From positions 1-29,930 of the forward strand of contig QMTB01000001.1 in NCBI GenBank assembly GCA_003649845.1: a DNA stretch of 29,930 nucleotides. Reading direction: 5' to 3'. How positions within the stretch are numbered: position 1 is the first letter of the stretch; each line of letters begins with the position of its first letter. Both the position numbers and the translations under genes were made by a program. Of this stretch, positions 25,327-29,930 are shown one piece after another. The stretch is from Thermoplasmata archaeon (GTDB taxonomy: Archaea > Thermoplasmatota > E2 > DHVEG-1). The notes beneath the pieces are model-generated. The model had not been told where the DNA came from and did not search any database. It was given only the letters and a program-made list of their open reading frames with translations.

Positions 25327-27756
25327 ATGGAAGAAGTATTTGTTAAATGGTTTGAGGAACTAGGAATCCAAGATGTCCCTCTGGTAGGAGGTAAAAATGC
25401 TTCTTTAGGCGAGATGATAAGAAACCTTAGTTCAAAAGGTGTAAATATCCCATCTGGTTTCGCTATAACTGCATATGCATATAAATATACAATAGAGAAG
25501 GCAGGTATTGACCAGAGGATTAGAGAGATTCTATCAGATCTTGATACTCATGATGTCAATAATCTAGCTGAGAGGGGACGTAAAATCAGAGAGCTCATTA
25601 GAAATACTCCTATTCCGCAGGAACTAGAAGAGGAGATAAGAAGATATTATAGAGAGATGGAGAATAGATATGGTAAAAACGTTGATGTAGCTGTTAGAAG
25701 TAGTGCAACCGCTGAGGATCTACCTGATGCTAGTTTTGCAGGGCAACAGGAAACCTATCTAAATGTTCGAGGAGAAGAAGAACTTTTAGCTAAAGTCAGA
25801 GAATGTTTTGCATCTCTATTTACAGATAGAGCGATATCATATAGAGTGGATAAAGGTTTTGATCATTTCAGTGTGTATCTCTCTGTTGGAGTGCAAAAGA
25901 TGGTTCGCTCTGATTTAGCAGCATCTGGAGTAATGTTTTCTATAGATACAGAAAGTGGTTTTAAAGATGCTGTATATATAACAGGTGCATATGGACTTGG
26001 AGAGAATGTTGTACAAGGTACAGTGAATCCAGATCAATTCTATGTATTTAAACCGACTTTGAAGAAAGGGTTTAAAGCAATTGTTGAGAAAAAACTTGGT
26101 TCTAAAGAAAAAAAGCTAGTATACAATGAGCAAGGTGGAACACAACAACAGGAGGTAAACGAGGAGGATAGAAATAAATTTGTTTTAAATGACGATGAGA
26201 TACTTAAACTTGCTAATTGGGCTTGTATAATAGAAGAACATTATAATAAACCTATGGATATAGAATGGGCTAAAGATGGGATTACCGGAGATCTATTTAT
26301 AGTACAAGCTAGACCTGAGACTGTACATTCACAGCGTGATGTAGCGAAACTGCAAACGTATGTACTTGAAGAAAAGGGCAGATTAATCGTTCAAGGTGAA
26401 GCTGTTGGAACAAAGATTGGACAAGGAGAAGCTAATATAATTGAGGATGTAAAGGATATAAGTAAATTCCAGAAGGGTCAGGTTTTAGTTACGGATATGA
26501 CTGATCCTGATTGGGAGCCAATTATGAAGATTGCAAGTGCAATAGTTACCAATAAAGGTGGTAGAACTTGTCATGCAGCTATAATATCTAGGGAACTTGG
26601 CATACCTTGTGTTATAGGTGCAGGAGATGCAACTTCTAAGATTATGCAAGGTTCAAAGATTACTGTTGATTGCTCTGAAGGCATAGGGAATATATATGAG
26701 GGATTGCTAAAATATAGGGTAGATGAGATAAAATTGGATACAATACCCAGAACAAAAACACAGATCATGATGAATGTTGGCGTACCAGAAAAGGCTTTTC
26801 AACAAGGTCAAATCCCTAATGATGGAGTAGGTTTAGCTCGAGAAGAATTTATTATAAACTCTCATATAGGTATACATCCTCTTGCAATATTAGAGTATGA
26901 GAAACTTAAACAGCTTGCACCTGAGAATCCTGAGATAGCGGAGATAGTTAATAAGATAGATGAGAAAAGCGCAGGGTATAATGATAAGATAGAGTTTTTT
27001 GTAGATACATTAGCTAGAGGTATATCTAAAATCGCTGCAGGGTTTTATCCAAATGATGTCATTGTTAGATTATCTGATTTTAAAACAAATGAATATGCAA
27101 ATCTAATCGGTGGGCATCTCTATGAACCGGAGGAACATAACCCTATGATAGGTTGGAGAGGAGCTTCTAGATACTATGATGAGAAGTTTAAACCAGCTTT
27201 TGGATTAGAATGCAGAGCGATTAAAAAAGCTAGAGATGAAATCGGTCTTACAAATATCAAGGTAATGGTGCCCTTCTGCCGTACACCAGAGGAAGGTAGA
27301 AAGGTTATAGAAGTCATGCAAGAGTATGGTTTAAGACAAGGAGAGAATGGATTAGAAGTATATGTAATGTGTGAGATACCCTCTAATGTAATCGTTGCAG
27401 ATCAATTTGCTGATATATTCGATGGGTTCAGCATTGGATCAAATGATCTAACGCAGCTTACCCTAGGATTGGATAGAGATTCTGATCTAGTTGCACATAT
27501 CTTTGATGAGAGAAATGAAGCTGTAAAAAGATTAGTCGCCCAAGTTATTGAAACAGCACATAAACATATTCCTAGGAGGAAAGTAGGCATATGTGGACAA
27601 GCACCTTCTGATTTCCCAGAGTTTGCAGAATTCCTAGTGGAATGTGGTATAGATAGTATATCATTGAATCCAGATACTGTTGTTAAAACCCGTTTGAAGA
27701 TAGCAGAGGTGGAAAAACGTATGCAACAACAAAGAGAAGAAGAGGTTATCAGCTAA
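25327..27756 (+). CDS. ppsA: Phosphoenolpyruvate synthase (pyruvate, water dikinase)
   Basis: VGGKNASLGE, VRSSATAEDL..ASFAGQ, phospho-His GGRTCHAAIISRE, RLSDFKTNEY, ENPM-like HNPMIGWRGASRY, SIGSNDLTQ, GICGQAPSD. GAGGTGA SD supports ATG 25327. Confidence 0.97.
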   Translation: MEEVFVKWFEELGIQDVPLVGGKNASLGEMIRNLSSKGVNIPSGFAITAYAYKYTIEKAGIDQRIREILSDLDTHDVNNLAERGRKIRELIRNTPIPQELEEEIRRYYREMENRYGKNVDVAVRSSATAEDLPDASFAGQQETYLNVRGEEELLAKVRECFASLFTDRAISYRVDKGFDHFSVYLSVGVQKMVRSDLAASGVMFSIDTESGFKDAVYITGAYGLGENVVQGTVNPDQFYVFKPTLKKGFKAIVEKKLGSKEKKLVYNEQGGTQQQEVNEEDRNKFVLNDDEILKLANWACIIEEHYNKPMDIEWAKDGITGDLFIVQARPETVHSQRDVAKLQTYVLEEKGRLIVQGEAVGTKIGQGEANIIEDVKDISKFQKGQVLVTDMTDPDWEPIMKIASAIVTNKGGRTCHAAIISRELGIPCVIGAGDATSKIMQGSKITVDCSEGIGNIYEGLLKYRVDEIKLDTIPRTKTQIMMNVGVPEKAFQQGQIPNDGVGLAREEFIINSHIGIHPLAILEYEKLKQLAPENPEIAEIVNKIDEKSAGYNDKIEFFVDTLARGISKIAAGFYPNDVIVRLSDFKTNEYANLIGGHLYEPEEHNPMIGWRGASRYYDEKFKPAFGLECRAIKKARDEIGLTNIKVMVPFCRTPEEGRKVIEVMQEYGLRQGENGLEVYVMCEIPSNVIVADQFADIFDGFSIGSNDLTQLTLGLDRDSDLVAHIFDERNEAVKRLVAQVIETAHKHIPRRKVGICGQAPSDFPEFAEFLVECGIDSISLNPDTVVKTRLKIAEVEKRMQQQREEEVIS

Positions 27757-27779
27757 TCCTCCTTTTCTAACTTTTTTTG
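27757..27779 (+). terminator. Putative pyrimidine-rich/oligo-T terminator after ppsA
   Basis: TCCTCCTTTTCTAACTTTTTTTG directly after the stop. Confidence 0.5.
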
Positions 27780-27780
27780 A

Positions 27781-27792
27781 AAAGTTTTTATG
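27781..27792 (+). promoter_or_regulatory. Putative TATA for the HisA-like/DUF2240 pair (leaderless)
   Basis: aaag-TTTTTAT about 25-31 nt upstream of ATG 27816; no SD. Confidence 0.45.
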
Positions 27793-27815
27793 GTTAAACC
27801 TTTTTCTTTTTTATC

Positions 27816-28400
27816 ATGGAGATTATAGCTTTGATTCATATAAAGAAACATAGAATAGTTTCTAGTTTAACAGTTGAACAATTAAAGGATATACAGTTTG
27901 GAGGGAAAAAAACTTATGTATTAGATGGTGATGGGATTTTAAAAGATAAACCAAATGTATCTCTATATCAACAGATGGCTAGATACCATGAGATATGGGT
28001 TGATGCTGGTCCTAGAAATTTAGGTGACCTAGTTGATATAATTATAGCTGGAGCAAATATAGTAATTATTAGAATAGATAGATGGCTTGATTTTAATATA
28101 GATGAGATTAGGGAACTAACAGATACCCCTGTATATTTAATGGTTAAACCTACTGAGGAGGATAGATATGAGATGAAAAATCTTGCTTCACTGGCTGATG
28201 GATTAGTTTTGTTTACATCTTTTGAAGATATACGTAAGAATTTTGTGATAGAAGGGGTGCTTAGAGATTTATCTAAAGATAATAAAGTCTATGCATATGA
28301 AGATAAACCTGAGTATATTAGATCATGGGAGAGTATCGGTGTAAAAGGTTTACTAGTAAATATTGATAATTTAAAGGAGTTTAGAGAATATGGAAGCTGA
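27816..28400 (+). CDS. HisA/HisF-related (beta/alpha)8-barrel protein, shortened and degenerate
   Basis: MEIIALIHIK, VLDGDG...KPN, IWVDAGPR...D..I.AGA..VII and C-terminal GVKGLLV align by eye to HisA strands and loops. Confidence 0.6.
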   Translation: MEIIALIHIKKHRIVSSLTVEQLKDIQFGGKKTYVLDGDGILKDKPNVSLYQQMARYHEIWVDAGPRNLGDLVDIIIAGANIVIIRIDRWLDFNIDEIRELTDTPVYLMVKPTEEDRYEMKNLASLADGLVLFTSFEDIRKNFVIEGVLRDLSKDNKVYAYEDKPEYIRSWESIGVKGLLVNIDNLKEFREYGS

Positions 28401-28869
28401 AGCTAGGAGGATAATTGCATCTGTATTCAAAAAAAGCGGTAAAAAGAAGTTGTCATCCTCAGATTTCTTCCTTATATTATCTATGGATTTAGGATGGTTT
28501 CCACCTGCAGAAGCTAAAAAATTTGTTAAATGGGCTGAGGAAAACAATTTATTGAAAAAAGATGAAGAAGATATATTGATCCCTACCTTTGATATTAAAA
28601 CAATTGATATCCCCATTGATTTTCAACCTTCTATGAAGAAATGGAAAACTGAGAGGAAACCTCTTAGAGAGAGAATATTGGAATACATAGAGAAGAATAG
28701 TAATATAGAGGATATAGATGAAAGAATTAAAGAGATAATGGAGGATAAGAAGATATTTTTTGAAGTAGCAGCATTATTTGTTGGTATAAATCTCAATTTA
28801 GATATGGGAAGGTTTTTTAGCGAAGTAGAACAGTTTATCTTACATGAGGAAGTAGAGGGTTATGGGTAG
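28390..28869 (+). CDS. DUF2240-family protein
   Basis: RRIIASVFKKSGKKKL....F..ILSMDLGWFPPAEAKKFV..A....LL; overlaps the upstream gene by 11 nt. Confidence 0.85.
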   Translation: MEAEARRIIASVFKKSGKKKLSSSDFFLILSMDLGWFPPAEAKKFVKWAEENNLLKKDEEDILIPTFDIKTIDIPIDFQPSMKKWKTERKPLRERILEYIEKNSNIEDIDERIKEIMEDKKIFFEVAALFVGINLNLDMGRFFSEVEQFILHEEVEGYG

Positions 28870-29928
28870 TAAGAGTACACCCATACAGTGACTCCGTCTA
28901 ACACCCCAGGAGATTGGGAGTAGACCTATAAAGGTTGCTACTAGTAATACTAGGAGTCCATTTAAACCTGTAAATAGAGAAACTAGTATTATTATAATAA
29001 CTATAGTTGCAACTACCAAAGGTTGATATGGGATGCCTGTGAAACGCTGAGCGAAGATTTTACCTATAAAAATAGTGAAGAAATAACTTAGTGTTCCACT
29101 GAAGAGAAGAGATGCCATTAGATATACTAGATTTAAAGGTATGTTCATTGTATTCCATTCTTCTATAGGTATAAGCTGCTGGATAGCTAGAGCAGCTCCA
29201 CTCCTCGCTTTGAGAATTATAAATAAAACTAGTATCACAGAGAAAGCACAAGCAGTATTTACCGCTGACAAAGTTACAATTGTTTGTCGTCTACTGGATT
29301 CGCCTCTTATATTCATAGCTAGTATTGTACCAGTGGCAGAGGTTATACCAGGTATTATAGAAACTAGTATTCCAGCTAATGAACCTGTGATAATAGATAG
29401 AATAGAGGATTTCTTCTCCTTCTCTTCGATTTCAACATCTTCAATAGTCTGAGTTGGTATAGTTGGTTTTGTTAAAGCAGATGTAAGTAGAGTTGGTAAT
29501 CCAAATAGTCCTGCTAACGCAGGGAATAACACAGGTGCAGGTAGCCCAATGGGTGATGCCACTGGGAAATCTAATATCATCAATCCGAATATTCCTGATA
29601 TTATAAATACTATAAATGCAAATATTATTCCTAGAATAGAGGGTATTACACCTTTATCTGTGAAATCTGTTATTCTTCCTTTTTCTGTTGCAATCATTAA
29701 AATGGTGATGGCTATCAATATATAACCCATTATTTCATGTAAAATATTATACGAGTTAAAGGGAGAATCTATTATAAAACGCATTGGTAGTATTAGCAGT
29801 ATTGAGAATAATATTGCTCCATAACTCCCTAGAGCCGAGAGAGCAACTGCTTCATATCCTTTTCCTTCTAATAGTAGACTATGTGCTGGTAGTAGTGTTA
29901 AAGCTGAATCTTCATCGGGTGCACCGAG
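28840..29928 (-). CDS. Tripartite tricarboxylate transporter TctA-like permease (archaeal DUF112 type), 5'-truncated
   Basis: Frame stays open beyond the track's ATG to the window edge, giving LGAPDEDSALTLLPAHSLLLEGKGYEAV; also LFPALAGLFGLP, IIPGITSA, RSG and C-terminal RRSHCMGVLLLP. Confidence 0.88.
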   Translation of the reverse strand, partial: LGAPDEDSALTLLPAHSLLLEGKGYEAVALSALGSYGAILFSILLILPMRFIIDSPFNSYNILHEIMGYILIAITILMIATEKGRITDFTDKGVIPSILGIIFAFIVFIISGIFGLMILDFPVASPIGLPAPVLFPALAGLFGLPTLLTSALTKPTIPTQTIEDVEIEEKEKKSSILSIITGSLAGILVSIIPGITSATGTILAMNIRGESSRRQTIVTLSAVNTACAFSVILVLFIILKARSGAALAIQQLIPIEEWNTMNIPLNLVYLMASLLFSGTLSYFFTIFIGKIFAQRFTGIPYQPLVVATIVIIIILVSLFTGLNGLLVLLVATFIGLLPISWGVRRSHCMGVLLLPITLYFLM

Positions 29929-29930
29929 GA

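Noticed and set aside
9208-27756. Inteins, recoded stop codons or frameshifts in the large genes (aglB, ppsA)
   Set aside because: Both frames are continuous, ppsA has normal length, and I saw no intein splice motifs or LAGLIDADG blocks.
140-29452. Short antisense or alternate-frame ORFs in the track (e.g. 2706-2888, 4759-5016, 9620-9892, 13174-13446, 19466-19798, 21520-21855, 29141-29452)
   Set aside because: All lie opposite or inside well-supported genes, lack recognisable motifs, and are expected shadows of real coding sequence.
1-29930. CRISPR arrays, tRNA/rRNA genes, IS elements, integrases
   Set aside because: Intergenic gaps are all under 200 nt, with no regularly spaced repeats, cloverleaf-like segments, terminal inverted repeats or transposase/integrase motifs.

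Overview
Gene-dense, AT-rich archaeal chromosomal segment with 33 protein-coding genes. I found no rRNA, tRNA, CRISPR array or mobile element. Gene content and protein style suggest a Thermoplasmatota archaeon, possibly a marine benthic Thermoprofundales/DHVEG-1-like lineage; this is inference, not a database result. The housekeeping genes cover nucleotide and central metabolism (purE, split guaAB/guaAA, pyrC, prs, NAD kinase, ppsA, pdaD, pth2). Cell-envelope genes are unusually concentrated. Ether-lipid genes: GGGP synthase coupled to ubiX, two geranylgeranyl reductase paralogs, and a ferredoxin. Glycosylation genes: a long AglB oligosaccharyltransferase with four extra sequon-rich beta-sandwich domains, and a DUF368 polyprenyl-phosphate transporter in the same gene run. 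Predicted surface glycoproteins: a type IV pilin, a 719-aa membrane-anchored protein with a threefold internal repeat, and a PGF-CTERM protein. Two genes look like catalytically degenerate enzymes (an M50B-like protease with HExxH changed to QTICH, and a HisA-like barrel with Asp8 changed to His). Several ORF-track starts were revised using SD and TATA positions. All family assignments come from motif recognition by eye, not from searches.
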